Origin: Ostrea edulis
Lineage: Eukaryota
Length of the DNA: 64,000 nt
Direction: 5' to 3'
Assembly: GCF_947568905.1 (NCBI RefSeq)
Contig: NC_079169.1
Location: 1,984,001 to 2,048,000, forward strand
A model generated the notes under the pieces. That model worked only from the letters and a program-made list of their open reading frames with translations, was not told the DNA's origin and ran no database searches. Below are positions 24,001-35,650 of this stretch, piece after piece; position 1 is the first letter of the stretch; each line of letters begins with the position of its first letter. Made by a program: the position numbers and the translations under genes.

Positions 24001-24266
24001 CCCATGTAAGTTAGTCCAGAAGTCATCGAGTAAATGTAAAGTTTGCATATCTGTCTGAATAATCAATATTGTTGTGTCATGATTGTGAAATGTCACCCCT
24101 TTCTTACTGTAGGTTTAAAGCCCAGTTTGGAAAGTCGGAAGTGCAATTGTCCTTTAAAAATGGACTGACAGAAAATGTTCCAGGAGGTGTAAAAATTGTT
24201 CGCAAGAAACACACTATGGATATTTTGTACAATTCTCCAACCCAACAGACAAGTTCAGGATCGTAA
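57..24266 (+). CDS. MYO1: Class I unconventional myosin (Myo1a/b-like), 5'-partial, 24 coding exons
   Basis: GT-AG exons with consistent phase: 57-120, 258-271, 423-507, 1548-1654, 2240-2387, 2754-2872, 3034-3186, 3395-3499, 4053-4115, 6497-6691, 10422-10536, 12027-12082, 13216-13281, 13451-13518, 14090-14306, 15437-15586, 15941-16009, 18460-18621, 19473-19604, 19718-19824, 21814-21952, 22325-22477, 23869-24005, 24113-24266 (TAA). Motifs: [104 protein letters not shown]-like repeats, basic TH1-like tail with no SH3. The a/b subclass is not certain. Confidence 0.93.
491..1468 (+). repeat. 25-27-bp minisatellite built from the myosin exon 3 / intron junction (~37 copies)
   Basis: Unit AAAACTGAGTACACTAG|GTATAGCTT; first copy contains the real donor at 508. 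Confidence 0.95.
1696..1871. mobile_element. TA-flanked Tc1/mariner-type MITE
   Basis: TA|CAGTTGAACTTC...GAGGTTTGACTG|TA; a family copy lies at 5399-5559. Confidence 0.7.
5399..5559. mobile_element. TA-flanked MITE, same family as 1696-1871
   Basis: TA|CAGTTAAACTTC...GAGGTTTAACTG|TA. Confidence 0.7.
7334..8821. mobile_element. Non-autonomous hAT-like TIR element with 6-bp TSD
   Basis: TIR CAGGGCTTTCAA...TTGAAAGCCCTG; flanks CAGAGA at 7328-7333 and 8822-8827; no transposase ORF. Confidence 0.75.
9272..9315 (+). ncRNA. Minimal type I hammerhead ribozyme motif (copy 1)
   Basis: GCATCA-CTGAAGA-GAC attattt GTC-GAAA-T gcac A-TC-TGGTGC. Core CUGANGA/GAAA, 3-bp stem II, 6-bp stem I, tiny stem III, predicted cleavage after C9309. 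Confidence 0.7.
9520..9563 (+). ncRNA. Minimal type I hammerhead ribozyme motif (copy 2)
   Basis: TATCA-CTGAAGA-GAC attattt GTC-GAAA-T gcgc A-TC-TGGTG. Palindromic UGCGCA stem III/loop; predicted cleavage after C9557. Confidence 0.72.
10504..11123 (+). repeat. 52-bp minisatellite spanning the myosin exon 11 donor (11 donor copies)
   Basis: Unit ACACTGCCTGATGAAGGGACTCTTCCCAGAAG|GTAAGCTCCCATGTGTAATA; donors at 10537, 10586, 10638, 10690, 10742, 10794, 10846, 10923, 11000, 11052, 11104. Confidence 0.95.
11188..11454 (-). mobile_element. SINE sharing the same 3' part but with a different 5' end
   Basis: 3' homology to the 17762 SINE; 13-bp TSD AACATTTATTAAA (11175-11187, 11455-11467). Confidence 0.8.
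11580..11722. repeat. 33-34-bp intronic repeat (4 copies)
   Basis: ATAAACCTCTATATGTTGGG(G)CCTCTGATGTAAT repeated. Confidence 0.9.
12078..13050 (+). repeat. 35-39-bp minisatellite starting at the myosin exon 12 donor (~25 copies)
   Basis: Unit TCAAG|GTGAACATTTACAGGTGTATTATCAGGTGTA; real donor at 12083. Confidence 0.95.
13100..13250 (+). repeat. Triplicated acceptor and start of myosin exon 13
   Basis: TATTTACAG|ATATCTGTG(G/A)CAGAGCTCATGA with exon-like starts at 13117, 13168 and 13216 (spacing 51 and 48 nt). Confidence 0.9.
15583..15680 (+). repeat. 22-bp repeat spanning the myosin exon 16 donor (5 copies)
   Basis: CTGG|GTAATGTCACAGAGAATG; GT at 15587, 15609, 15631, 15653, 15675. Confidence 0.9.
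17762..18109 (+). mobile_element. Full-length tRNA-headed SINE
   Basis: A/B-box-like head (AGTGGTCTAGAGG...CTCGAATCC), (CAAT)n tail, 14-bp TSD ATCTACTGTCTTTC (17748-17761, 18110-18123). Confidence 0.85.
18705..19422 (+). mobile_element. HINE / non-autonomous Helentron-like element with internal repeats
   Basis: Starts TTTTTATGCCCCC, internal GGTCAAAGGTCAAGG-type repeats, ends GGGGCATATGTGTTTTACAAACATC. Confidence 0.6.
19809..20335 (+). repeat. 43-bp repeat spanning the myosin exon 20 donor, interrupted by a MITE
   Basis: AGGGTTACATCAGAAC|GTAAGAAAGTTCATAGTACAGTTAGAA; real donor at 19825; degenerate copies resume after 21255. Confidence 0.88.
19886..20069. mobile_element. 184-bp hAT-like MITE with 6-bp TSD
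   Basis: CAGGGGTGTGA...TCACATCCCTG; flanks ATAGTA at 19880-19885 and 20070-20075. Confidence 0.8.
20340..21249. mobile_element. 910-bp hAT-like non-autonomous element with 6-bp TSD
   Basis: CAGGGCTCGAAATTA...TAATTTCGACCCCTG; flanks CTTAGA at 20334-20339 and 21250-21255. Confidence 0.8.
21510..21736. repeat. 37-bp intronic minisatellite (6 copies)
   Basis: TTGAGAGGGGACTTTCTGAAGCTTTGATATGAATGCA repeated. Confidence 0.92.
22004..22211. mobile_element. TA-flanked MITE
   Basis: TIR CTGTAAACCAACTTTTATTC / GAATAAAAGTTAGTTTACAG. Confidence 0.72.
22430..22742 (+). repeat. 55-bp+ repeat spanning the myosin exon 22 donor with expanding (CA)n (5 copies)
   Basis: TCTGTCAGTCCACACACAGACAAAATCATTGTGTTTCACATACAGAAG|GTAGGGA; donors at 22478, 22533, 22600, 22665; mutated at 22735. 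Confidence 0.92.
22870..23095. repeat. 16-bp intronic repeat
   Basis: TAGTGTAGAATGT(T/C)CA repeated. Confidence 0.85.
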
Positions 24267-24774
24267 TTGACCCAAGTTTCACTTCCAACGACAGGAACGC
24301 TTCACACAATGGCCATTATTCAAATCAGCAGCTTACCCTAATTAGACGGTTAATTAGTCCAAACCAAAGAGAAAAACCTGAATAGTGGGAATAGCGGTAC
24401 ATGTATTACAATTGTACTAGTACTTCTGTGGATTTCTAATGGTATTTGTTTATATTTTATTACTACGGTTACCCGGTAAATGTTACTGGAGTGGTGGTTT
24501 TTTTGTACATGTAGTGTGTGTGTTTACGTTTCATTTCCTCAGTCAACATGTTGTAAGAATGAGTGCAGTTAAGATTGTACATTGTTGTAATGACTTTCTG
24601 TATTTGTACTGAAACTTGAAGTCATTCATTACAATCCATTGGAAAGAAAAACGAGTGTGCACGACCAGATTTTTTTGTCTCGAGAATCTGCTGAAACTGT
24701 GCCGCATTTATTAATGGCTTCTTTCTGGACCTTTACCCGGTACTCTTAGCTTTTGATATGACATTAATTTTTAA

Positions 24775-25120
24775 TTGATATGATATGTCTTAATTTATAA
24801 TTGATATGTCATGTTGTAATTTATAAGTGATATGACATGTCGTAATTTATAATTGATATGACGTGTCATAATTGATATGACATGTTGTAATTTATAATTG
24901 ATATGACATTTCGTAATTTATAATTGACATGACATGTCGTAATTTATAATTGACATGACATGTCGTAATTTATAATTGTTATGACATGTCGTAATTTATA
25001 ATTGACATGACATGTCGTAATTTATAATTGACATGACATGTCGTAATTTATAATTGTTATGACATGTCGTAATTTATAATTGACATGACATGTTGTAATT
25101 TATAATTGACATGACATGCC
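24775..25120. repeat. ~26-bp repeat downstream of the myosin stop (probable 3' UTR)
   Basis: TGACATGTCGTAATTTATAATTGACA repeated. Confidence 0.88.
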
Positions 25121-26344
25121 TGAGCTGGTCTAGCTTTATCGTGTATATGGCTGTAGAGTGTAAGAAATGATAAGGTCTTTAGATTTTCTATGAAAGTTAA
25201 TTTTCGGTTATTCCCTAACAACTTTTGTATGTAAATTAGATATTTAAATATCCTACATTCTAGTGATTTATTGCTATTCTATTTTATTTCTATTTATTTT
25301 AGATTTGTACATTTTTATGGTTTTTCAGTCCCGGTTTGTTTAAAGGGTACTTATAAACTACAAATAACTTTATAGTTAAAGAATAGGATTTGGTGCTGAT
25401 ATGTTAAGTTTTCATAGATCTGTTTTGTTTATCTTTTAAATTTATTGATCTGTATTAGATGGATAAGTGTCTCGTGTCATTAGTGCTTTCATTTTGTTTT
25501 CCACAGAAGTTGTAAAGTTCTTTGATTGTACTATGCCTTTAAACATTTTAATTCATCATATTTTTATGATAATCACTTTTCAATGGTTGAATTTTTTAGC
25601 CAATCTTTTGGCACATTTGTGCCTTGATTTTAAAGTAGACTGTTTATGACTTGTTTTTCAGTGATAAGTGGATTTTTTTTTTCCAGTACATTGTAATTTA
25701 TTAATCTTTTTGATAATTAATGGGATGTAATTTATTGATCTTTTTGATAATTAATAGGATGTAATTTATTTATCTTTTTGATAATTAATGGGATGCCATT
25801 TTATGGGTTTTTTTTATGATTTTACTGTATTTAATCTACAAAATCATTGATCATGTAGCTCTGTGTAATTGAGTTGCCTCCCTGTTGATGGAGTTCTATA
25901 CATGATTTTCATTACAAGTTCAAATACTGACATGCAAAAGAAAAGCAACCTCCAAATTTCGTTAAAATCTTTTATTTCATTCAATAAATATCATTTGATT
26001 TTTACAACTAACAGAAGATGCACATCTGTTCTGTTGGATAACAAATGGTCATCATCACATCGGCAAAAAATGTCAAGGTTGAAGGGGGGGTAGCCACTCA
26101 AATTTTCCTGTTGCTGCTCAAATTTTGTGATGGATAGAGTTTGTGCCATGGGGATGTTCTGCCACTTTTCAGACACACAACGGTAGAGCCTCTGGTAAAT
26201 GTGGACACATTTGAATACGATGATCTAACATGCACCACACATGCTCAACTGACAAGAGATCGGGCTGTATGAGGGCCAAGATTACATATCGACATTGTAT
26301 TGAAAATGATAGTAAGGCGACATGATACCAGACATGTTGTGCTG

Positions 26345-26450
26345 GTAGACAGACGGCAAGATGACAGACGACAAGATGTCAGACAGCAAGATGTCAGACG
26401 ACAAGATGTCAGACAGCAAGATGTCAGACGACAAGATGTCAGACAGCAAA
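26345..26450. repeat. 15-bp repeat
   Basis: GACGACAAGATGTCA / GACAGCAAGATGTCA alternating. Confidence 0.85.
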
Positions 26451-29400
26451 AGAGTAGCAATGTACGTTTGAACTGTCGCATTGCCTTTAATGATGACCAA
26501 ACATGTTTTACAGCCATTAAAGATACTGTCCCACACTATAACATTCTACCATGCAGTCATCGGTGTAACATTCAATGCGATGTCGAAAAACACATTAATG
26601 TCCATCTGAGCAATAAAGCATGAATCTCAACTCTGCAATTGGGAAACACATTTGGACGATGCCATCACAATGTTTCATTGATGAGGATTGTGGGGCATTT
26701 CCACCTCATAGGAGCAGAAACACCTCAGCACAGTCCCTGATGTCTCGTGTTTAGATATTTGTGCAGTTCTAAACCAGTTGCATAAGTGCTGCAGCCTCAT
26801 GATTACATGGTGTTGTATTTTTGGTTGGCCACTTTAAGGTCAGCAATTGTATCAGGCAGTGTAAGACATTTGTAAAGATGATGTAGTATACTTTTGAGGA
26901 TGTTCAGCACTCTTGCCATCTTTGGATGTTTCCAGGGTAACAGTACTGTCTTGTTTTGTGCATCATTAGGTAGCCTAGGAATTCTTTATGTGATATGAAA
27001 GATAAATTTCAATATTGGATTATTCTTAACTGAATTCTAACAAACAGATCTGAGATGCGGGAAATGCTGCCGTGTGTATCTGTACACGTTCTGGTTATGT
27101 ACTGGTGTCTCGAGAACGTGTGGTGTGATGGAATCCCAATTAATGTGAATATGTATGCTCTCATGCAATTCAAAGTTGCTAACGATGAACTATTAATATT
27201 TAAAATTATTGGGGTTGCATTTGTTTTGCGTAACAGTATACGTGTATGTTCCAGTCATTCCTAATGATCCCGTCTTGTTTCAAAGATTTGCAGATCAAAC
27301 ACTGAACAGGTCACCATGGAGAAAATTCAGTGTGACTCCACGGATTGGTGTCGGAGAAAATTGGTGTAAATCCAAACATCAGAGTCCAAGAAACACAAGT
27401 GTTGTTTTTGAAATTTTGTATCCCTCTTCCATAGTAGGTTTTCAGAAAATCTTTTAACTTTTAGATATTTTTTAAATATTTTATAAAACTAGGTGCTGAA
27501 CATTAATCATTTTTGCTCAAATTTCAAAGTGATTATTAACCACTATACGTACGTGTGATTAAATTACGAGACAAATTAGTCCACTGCATGTTGCATAGAT
27601 TTCTTGTACTGATGTAGTTGTAGCAAACATTCTTAAGGACATCAAGAAATATCAATATTCTCTGTATTTACAATTTAGTACAAAAGTAGTTTCTAATTTA
27701 CTTTAGATAGTCAACTTTTTGTAATTTGTCTTATTAAAGTAAAAAAAAAAAAATGTTTAGCCTCAAGAAATGGTGATAGTCCAAATGTATAGTCATTTCT
27801 TTCAAAGGATTTTTTTTTTTTTTCCATGTAGGTGGTATGTTATGTAAAAGAAAAGGTGCCATGATCTTATGTTTTTCTACATGTAGATATATAGCACCTA
27901 CCATTTCAATCATGATCTCTCGTATTTATGCATGCAATGTTCACATTTTGTCTAGTCCTCACACATAATGTACAATGTATCTGCTACTGTTAAATGACAT
28001 TGTTAAACAGAGCACAGATGTCTGTGGCATTGCCAATACCACGTGACAGTTCTTATGTCTGCTACTGTTAAATGACATTGTTAAACAGAGCACAGATGTC
28101 TGTCGCATTGCCAATACCACATGACAGTTCTTATGTCTGCTACTGTTATATACTGGATTTGATGTATTTCCAATTTAAAGAACAGTATTGTTGAAATGCA
28201 AAGAATTTATTACAGTAACTTTACATAAAGAACATGACACCAATGTATGCTGTTGTTCATGTAAACAAAATTCGGATCTCGCATGTTTTACAGTATTTGC
28301 ACATCTCCCTGCTTGAATCTGGTATGTATGAGTGTGTGTGTGTGTAAATATATATATATATATATAAATATGTATATATATATAATATAATGGTAATAAT
28401 ATTCTTTAGTATTCTTAATTTCTTTTTTAAAATTTGAAAATCATTGGAATCTAATGCCATGAAACATGATATTTACACAAGCATTCATGACATTTTGATT
28501 TGGAAATTATTGTATGGTATTTTAGATAACTTTTTATTTGCGAGTTTTTTATTTTCATGTAAATTTGCAGGGTTACACAAAAATAAGGTCCTTGTGAATA
28601 ATTCAGTATGTATTTGTGATTACGCCTCGCTGTCGAAGCTGGCAAGGTAGTATTACGTAAATAAAATATCGTGATATATACTTGAAAGTGATTTACAGTA
28701 TTCTAAATCTATCTGTAACAAATTGACTTATTAATGGGTGAATGTGTCAACCCACTACACTTGTTACAGACTTTTGATTCTATGTGATATAACTACAAGC
28801 TGTACAGTGGTTTTTATGTTGTGTTAAGTGATGTGTCCATCATATGTTATTGTGTACTGTACAAGTTTTGTTCATCATTACATATTTACTGCATACACAC
28901 ATTTTTATTGTTCACTCTTTCACGAAATGTGATCAGTTACCTTCTTTATCAGGTCTTAAAGATGGCATTTAACAGGTGTCAATTTTTGTATTAATTTCAC
29001 ATTCATTACTGATATGGGAACTATTTAAATCGGTTATTGCAATGACAACATTAGATTTGGCAAAGACAACAATAAAATTTAATGTAACTACAACTACTAA
29101 ACATGGAGACAATTTTGAATTTCAATAAACTTGGTAAGAAGAGTTTTACTTTAGCTCCAAGTTCAGGAAGAATTCAAAAACTTCAAAGTTAACAGAATGT
29201 TCTAAACTTGCTCCTGAATAATGCATGTGCTTTGTTCTGTGGGGAAAATGGTGGTATCATCTTCATAACATTTATAATATTATTCACTGAGCTAAATCAA
29301 AATGTTCATGAAGTTTCTTGCTTGAACTTTGAACCATTGCCATGTGATCTTCTGTTGTTTTGTTTTGTAAACTGTATTTATGTATTTCACATGTTTTTAA

Positions 29401-30749
29401 AATCTCTTCTTTGAAAACCACCTGAAATCCAATCTGTATGTCCATCTTTATTTAAATCACCCCAGCTACTTACACTGTAACTATTATAGATTGTTTGTGA
29501 ACTTTATTCTGTATTTAAAGTTTCAATGTTTACTGAATTTATTTACATGAATTGTGATTTTGAAGTGGGACCTAGTGTTTTACATGTATTCTGGTTGCTT
29601 GGACCATTTTGATGTCTATAAACTAATGTATTCCCCTAGTAATCAGTGTTATATACAGACGGGATCTGATAGTGTCAATAAACTTTGTAGTCTATATGAC
29701 AGATTAGTGTGTTCATTGTTTTATGCAACAGAGTATCTCTCTCTTTCTCTCTCTCTCTCCCAAACCTACAAAGTGAAGACGTCCTCACAATATGTAGAAG
29801 AGAATATACAGTGGAGTCATGTTAATCTGGACACTTTGGTTCCAAGCAAAATCGTCCGGATAACTGAATCACATATTTTTATCTTTACATAAGTAACCAA
29901 TATGCTTACTTTATTGATGCATAGTGAATTAAACACATTCTATCATTGGATTTAACCATTTGCATTAGTAAATAAATCATGATAATGTTAGGTGGTGTGT
30001 GATGATATGTCAGTTAGATAGGCAAATACACTGCACACGAGTATCCATAATGTTCAATGCATTTTAACGTTTTGTAGTAAAAAATGACCGTCCAGATCCG
30101 GAACACAAATTTCTGGATTAATGATGCAAAATAAAGTATAAAAATTCCGTTCCTTAGAAAAATCGTCTGGAAGGTGAAGCATCTGGATTAATGGCGTCCG
30201 GATAACCCAGGCTCCACTGTACACATATTTTATTCTCTCTCTCCCTCCCCCCCCCCCCTCTCTCTCTCTCATTGAAATAAATAGAGTTTCTGGTTTTGAT
30301 GGAATAAGTATCATTTGTCAGTTATACTTATAAATTATAGATATGATGCCCAGTGTTATAGATATGATGCCCAGTGTTAGTGTCTTTAAAACACGGCTCA
30401 GCAGCCATCCCAATTTTCCGAGACAACTTGGGAACAGATAAAGCAGTATTTTGGGACACAACTCTCCAAAGCGTCTGGGTGAAAAATCTTGGAAGAATGA
30501 TGTAGCTCAATACTAGTGAGTTGAAATACCTTGGCTACAAGCCTTGTTGACTCCAGCTACTGAAGAAGTCAATGTCATTCCATTTGATGTGGGGCCACAC
30601 TTCATACCTCACCAGCCAGGACAAAGGTCTCTAGGGAGTTTTGTGATCACGAGCAATTATATCCCTTGGATTGGAATTTACTATCATTATTACTCTTAAT
30701 AGCAAATTTGAACCCAGTTAGTATAATATTGCCAGTGTGATATATGTAA

Positions 30750-30865
30750 AACTTATACAGTACCTATTTTGATGCGCATTTCGACAAATAATGTCTCTTC
30801 AGTGATGCTCAACCGAAATGTTTGAAATCCGAAATAACAATGAAGTTTTAGAGTTATTATAGGGA
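30750..30865 (-). mobile_element. Truncated copy of the hammerhead-bearing repeat
   Basis: Reverse complement of ~9218-9310 plus its tail, with a 9-bp deletion (tggtgcatc) that removes the 3' strand of stem I. Confidence 0.6.
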
Positions 30866-31032
30866 AATCATGGGAATTAGAATAATATTTATTGAATGGT
30901 CCAGTGGAGTGGGTGTACATGGGCTTTGACTACTTGAGAGGTTACATTTTACCCAATCTGACTAAAGTACAGACCTATATATATAATAATATATGTCTGT
31001 ACTTTAGTCAGATTGCATTTTACCTATATTAT

Positions 31033-31418
31033 GTGGAGTGGGTGTACATGGGCTTTGACTACTTGAGAGGTTACATTTTACCTATACTATGTGGAGTGGG
31101 TGTGCATGGGCTTTGACTACTTGAGAGGTTACATTTTACCTATATTATGTGGAGTGGGTGTGCATGGGCTTTGACTACTTGAGAGGTTACATTTTACCTA
31201 TATTATGTGGAGTGGGTGTACATGGGCTTTGACTACTTGAGAGGTTACATTTTACCTATATTATGTGGAGTGGGTGTGCATGGGCTTTGACTACTTGAGA
31301 GGTTACATTTTACCTATATTATGTGGAGTGGGTGTACATGGGCTTTGACTACTTGAGAGGTTACATTTTACCTATATTATGTGGAGTGGGTGTACATGGG
31401 CTTTGACTACTTGAGAGG
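31033..31418. repeat. 58-bp minisatellite (7 copies plus an upstream partial copy at ~30905)
   Basis: GTGGAGTGGGTG(T/C)ACATGGGCTTTGACTACTTGAGAGGTTACATTTTACCTATATTAT repeated. Confidence 0.93.
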
Positions 31419-31637
31419 AAAACGTGACCAGTGTGGCCCATAGGCCACTTTTCTTATTTTTTTGATTAGTAGAGTTATTTCTGTGCGAACGCTAGACCAA
31501 TGGCCAGATGCTTAACCTTACAAATAAAAGTGGTCGATTGGTAACGTTAAACTCCTGTGGTTCGAGGAACGTGAAATGTACTATAGGAGAATAACGTAGT
31601 CTCTCTTGTACTTAATGTGTTTAGAAAACAGTTTTCT

Positions 31638-31865
31638 CAGGAGCAACAGTGCTACAATTTGTCAGGAGCAACAGTGCTACCATTTGTCAGGAGCAACAGT
31701 GCTACAATTTGTCAGGAGCAACAGTGCTACAATTTGTCAGGAGCAACAGTGCTACAATTCGTCAGGAGCAACAGTGCTACCATTTGTCAGGAGCAACATT
31801 GCTACAATTTGTCAGGAGCAACATTGCTACAATTTGTCAGGGGCAACAGTGCTACAATTTGTCAA
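31638..31865. repeat. 25-bp minisatellite (~9 copies)
   Basis: CAGGAGCAACAGTGCTACAATTTGT repeated. Confidence 0.93.
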
Positions 31866-32385
31866 GGTAATGTGCAAGCATTGTTGTATTCAGTATGTCT
31901 CATTACTCCCCATTGATGGAGGTTTTAATCACTCCCGTAATTAAGATAAATTCGGACGAGTTCGTTTGGATTATGGGGTCAAAGTGCACTTGCAGTGATG
32001 GTCCAAGTTGTTCTTGTAGACTCTAACCTCTTCAAAGGAAACTGAATCGTAGAAATTATGTGTATTGTAGTAGTTTTGCCAAAATGGATCATAACTATTT
32101 TATAAGTCATATATCTTAGTCTTTCTGTGTGACATGATATAGGCGAGCAGTGTTGCCCATGGGCCTCGTTTTGAAAGATTGTCGAATGTCCATCATATAT
32201 CAAACACAACATCGCTCCGGTTTAATATTATGATAATAGTGTTAAAGCAAAGCGATTTTGGTGATTAAAATTATTTCTTCTGCACGCTGATAATTTGTTA
32301 TACATCTCATCTGAGAAAATGTCGGTCGTGTGGGGACGTCACCAGGTGCAGATAAAGTGTCACAAATTTCAATTTCTGCAAGGCG

Positions 32386-33253
32386 TATGGAGCGCCAAAT
32401 TAACATAAACTCAAATAATTGAAGATATCTTCAATTATTTGAAGATATCATCAATTCAATTATTGCTCTCTTTAATTGAATTAATGCGTGCATTAAATCA
32501 ATTATTGCTCTCGTCAAATGAATTAATGCGCGCTTCAATTCAATTGATGAGAGCATCAATTTCGTAGAAATATTGCTGCAATAATTGATTTAGAGCTCGG
32601 TATAAATAATTTGATGATCTCTTTAATTCAACTGAAGATATCTTTAATTATTTACAATGCTTTTGTATAAGGAATTAATGCGCGCATCAATTCTTTTAAA
32701 GAGAGCAACAATTCAATTAAAGAAATCATTAATTCAATTGTGGATATGTTGATTTGAAGATATTTCTAATTATTTAGTTGCTCTCTCTAAAAGAATTATT
32801 GCTCTCTTAAAATGAATTAAAGATATCCTTAAATTGAAGAGAGCAACAATTGAATTAATGCGCGCATTAAATCCATTATTGCTCTCATCGAATGAATTAA
32901 TGCGCGCATCAGTTCAAGTATTGCTCTCATCAATTGATTTAAAGCGCGCATTACATCAATTATTGCTCTCTTCAATTGAATTGTAGCGCGCATCAATTCA
33001 ATTGTTGATATCATTAATTCCTTTGAAGAGATCATTAATTCAATTAAAGTGCGCATCAATTCAGAAGAAAAATTAATGATATCATCAATTCATTTAATGC
33101 GCGCAATAATTCAGAATTGAAGATATCATTAATTATTTGAAGAGATCTTTAATTAAATTGCTGCGCGCATCAAATGAATTGATGATATCTTCAAATAATT
33201 GAAGATACATGTATCTTCAATTATTTGAGTTTATGTTAATTTGGCGCTCCATA
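32386..33253. mobile_element. 868-bp TIR element of unclear superfamily with 6-bp TSD and repetitive interior
   Basis: ~40-bp TIR TATGGAGCGCCAAATTAACATAAACTCAAATAATTGAAGAT; flanks AAGGCG at 32380-32385 and 33254-33259. Degenerate relatives at ~34505-35155 and ~35220-35450. Confidence 0.8.
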
Positions 33254-33364
33254 AAGGCGCCATGAAGTACCGTGACACGAGACCGCCGTTTAATTTCAAG
33301 TTCACGTCCAAATGCCAAGTGCATTGTGTTGAACGCCTTAGACTTGACGATAATATCGCTTGCG

Positions 33365-33398
33365 TTCAATTAATTGAATATTGTTTAACACCCCGCTT

Positions 33399-33430
<32 letters not shown>

Positions 33431-33517
33431 CTGCCGGTGAAGGGCTGCAAAACTTGGGTCTAATACTCGGCGCTTATGGCCATTAAGCAGGGAGGGATCT
33501 TTATCGTGCCACACCTC
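33365..33517 (-). mobile_element. 5'-truncated SINE fragment
   Basis: Matches the 3' half of the same SINE family. Confidence 0.7.
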
Positions 33518-33775
33518 GGATTCGAATTTACTATTAAATAGTACTCTTACACTTGACGTGGTGCAAGAATTGACAAGCGTCCCAGTTAACCAAGTGTTAC
33601 GTTATATAGCAACCGGTTGCTGGAATAAATTCTCTACAAGAGTGAAAACAAGTATAGGCTAAAACTGTTCTGATTTTTTTTATTTGTGGTTGCTTACGTC
33701 ATAAAGATTCATTACTCCTATTGCCATGGAACAAAAATTACTCTCTGCAAGAATAACGCTATAGTGTACAATGCA

Positions 33776-34283
33776 TCAAACGTTCTTATTTCCAGCATCC
33801 AGATTCTCTCTTTGCTGTTCATCTGATAGATTTGACAAGGGTATAAATTTCTCTAATCTGTCCATCTCTCTGTGCGCCATCTCGATCTGTTTCAGGACTC
33901 GAACTTCGTGTCTTTTCTCCTTGGCACGTGACTGTCTCTCCTCTTGCATTCTCTCTTGGTTTTCTGCATGAAATATTTTTTATAAATGATAATGATGATG
34001 AAATCGATAAATCAACATTATGCTATGATTTTCACTATTCGGTTTTAAAGAGATGATTACCTCGCCATTCTTCAAAGTTATCCTCCTTTTGGTTGTTAAC
34101 GAACAGAAACTGTGGAGTCCTAGATTTCCCCGGCCCCGTGGTTTCGAAAGTCACATCAAATGTCACTCCCCCTTTCGCATCTACTACCGTGGACTGTTGC
34201 ACTGTTCCATACGCCTCTGTCTCGTCCCTCTCGGATACACCCACTTTGTTACGTTTAGCTAAGCAGCTTTGAATGAGACCCAT
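33776..34283 (-). CDS. Two-exon 136-aa stathmin-like protein, copy A (inverted near-identical duplicate)
   Basis: complement(join(33776-33963,34061-34283)). Splice sites and stop intact. Differs from copy B by few substitutions (e.g. SERDE vs SETDE, EERQ vs EEKQ). Confidence 0.7.
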
Positions 34284-34355
34284 GATCTTTTTGCTTGTGT
34301 TTCTCACAAACGTTGCCAACATCTGTGACATCATAATCAGAGATGTGAATGATTA

Positions 34356-34390
34356 TGACGTCAACATTTCATTGATTCTGGTTGACGTCA
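34356..34390. promoter_or_regulatory. Paired perfect CRE palindromes upstream of stathmin-like copy A
   Basis: TGACGTCA at 34356-34363 and 34383-34390, 70-110 bp upstream of the ATG, with an adjacent ACTTCC (ETS-like). Function is inferred. Confidence 0.45.
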
Positions 34391-35543
34391 TAACTTCCTA
34401 TTCTCATGTTTGGTAGAATCTTTTAACCCTATGAATAAATGATCTATTTAAAGAGGAAATATGCATTGGGTATGTATTCATTGGGGTCGTGGACATATGT
34501 AGTACCAAATTAACATAAACTCAAATGAAAATACCTGCATCGGATTTCCTTTGCGCGCGGCATTAATTCACTAATGCTGGGATATGATGCGTGCATCAAT
34601 TTAATTCTTGCTCTCGTCAATATTCAATTGATGCGCCCATCAATGTGGTGAAATTATTACTCGCAAAATTGCATTTGGAGCTCGGTATAAATGATTTGAC
34701 GATCTCTTTAATTTAATTGAAGATATCTTTAATTATCTACAATGCTGCCTAAAATATATGAATTCAAGAAGAATTGGTGCGCGCATCAATTCTTTTAAAG
34801 AGAACAACGATTCAATTAAAGAGATCATTAATTCAATTGTGGATATGTTGAAATGAAGATATCTCTAACCAGCAATTCAAATGAAGAAAACAATAAATCA
34901 ATTATTGCGATTCTTAAGTGATTGGTGCGCACATTATTTGAATTATTACTCTCTTCAATTTCATTGTAGCACGCATCAATTCAATTGCTGATATCATCAA
35001 TTCAGTCAATGAAGAGAGCAACAGTTCGATTATAGCACTCATCAATTCAGCAGAATAATTAATGCTATATCAGCAATTCAATCAATGCGCGCAGTAATTC
35101 AGAATTGAAGATATCAAAGATTATTTGAAGAGATCATTAATTGAATTGTTGCGCGTTTTAAGACTGTGGAGGATGGAATGGTAGGAAGGGGTAGAGATGA
35201 CTCCCATTTTTAATAATGTTTGAAGATGCACTGTATCATCAATCCATTTGATGCGCGCAACATTTCAATTAATTAATTGAATTGTTGATGACATTAATTA
35301 TTCTATAATTGAATTGTTGCTGTCTTCAAATGAATTGATAATATCAAAAATTGAATTGATCAATGCGTGATACAATGAAATTGAAGAAAGCAATGATTCA
35401 ATAATTATAATGTCACTGTGCGCATCAATTCATTAATGCTTGCAATAATTAGATATACATGTACAGTATCTTCGATTCATATAAAACGATCATCAAATCA
35501 TTTATAAATACTTTTGATTCTGCCAGACATGGATAGGAAGTTA

Positions 35544-35578
35544 TGACGTCAACCAGAATCAATGAAATGTTGACGTCA
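35544..35578. promoter_or_regulatory. Paired perfect CRE palindromes upstream of stathmin-like copy B
   Basis: TGACGTCA at 35544-35551 and 35571-35578, preceded by GGAAGT. Confidence 0.45.
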
Positions 35579-35650
35579 TAATCATTCACATCTCTGATTA
35601 TGATGTCACAGATGTTGGCAACGTTTGTGAGAAACACAAGCAAAAAGATC

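Noticed and set aside
31033-31865. Regular repeats resembling a CRISPR array
   Set aside because: Head-to-tail units with no unique spacers, no cas genes, and a eukaryotic context.
35600-35650. Upstream ATGs of the 99-aa ORFs as the true start
   Set aside because: The downstream ATG gives a clean myristoylation N-terminus, and the upstream codons abut the CRE-containing promoter-like region. Not formally excluded.
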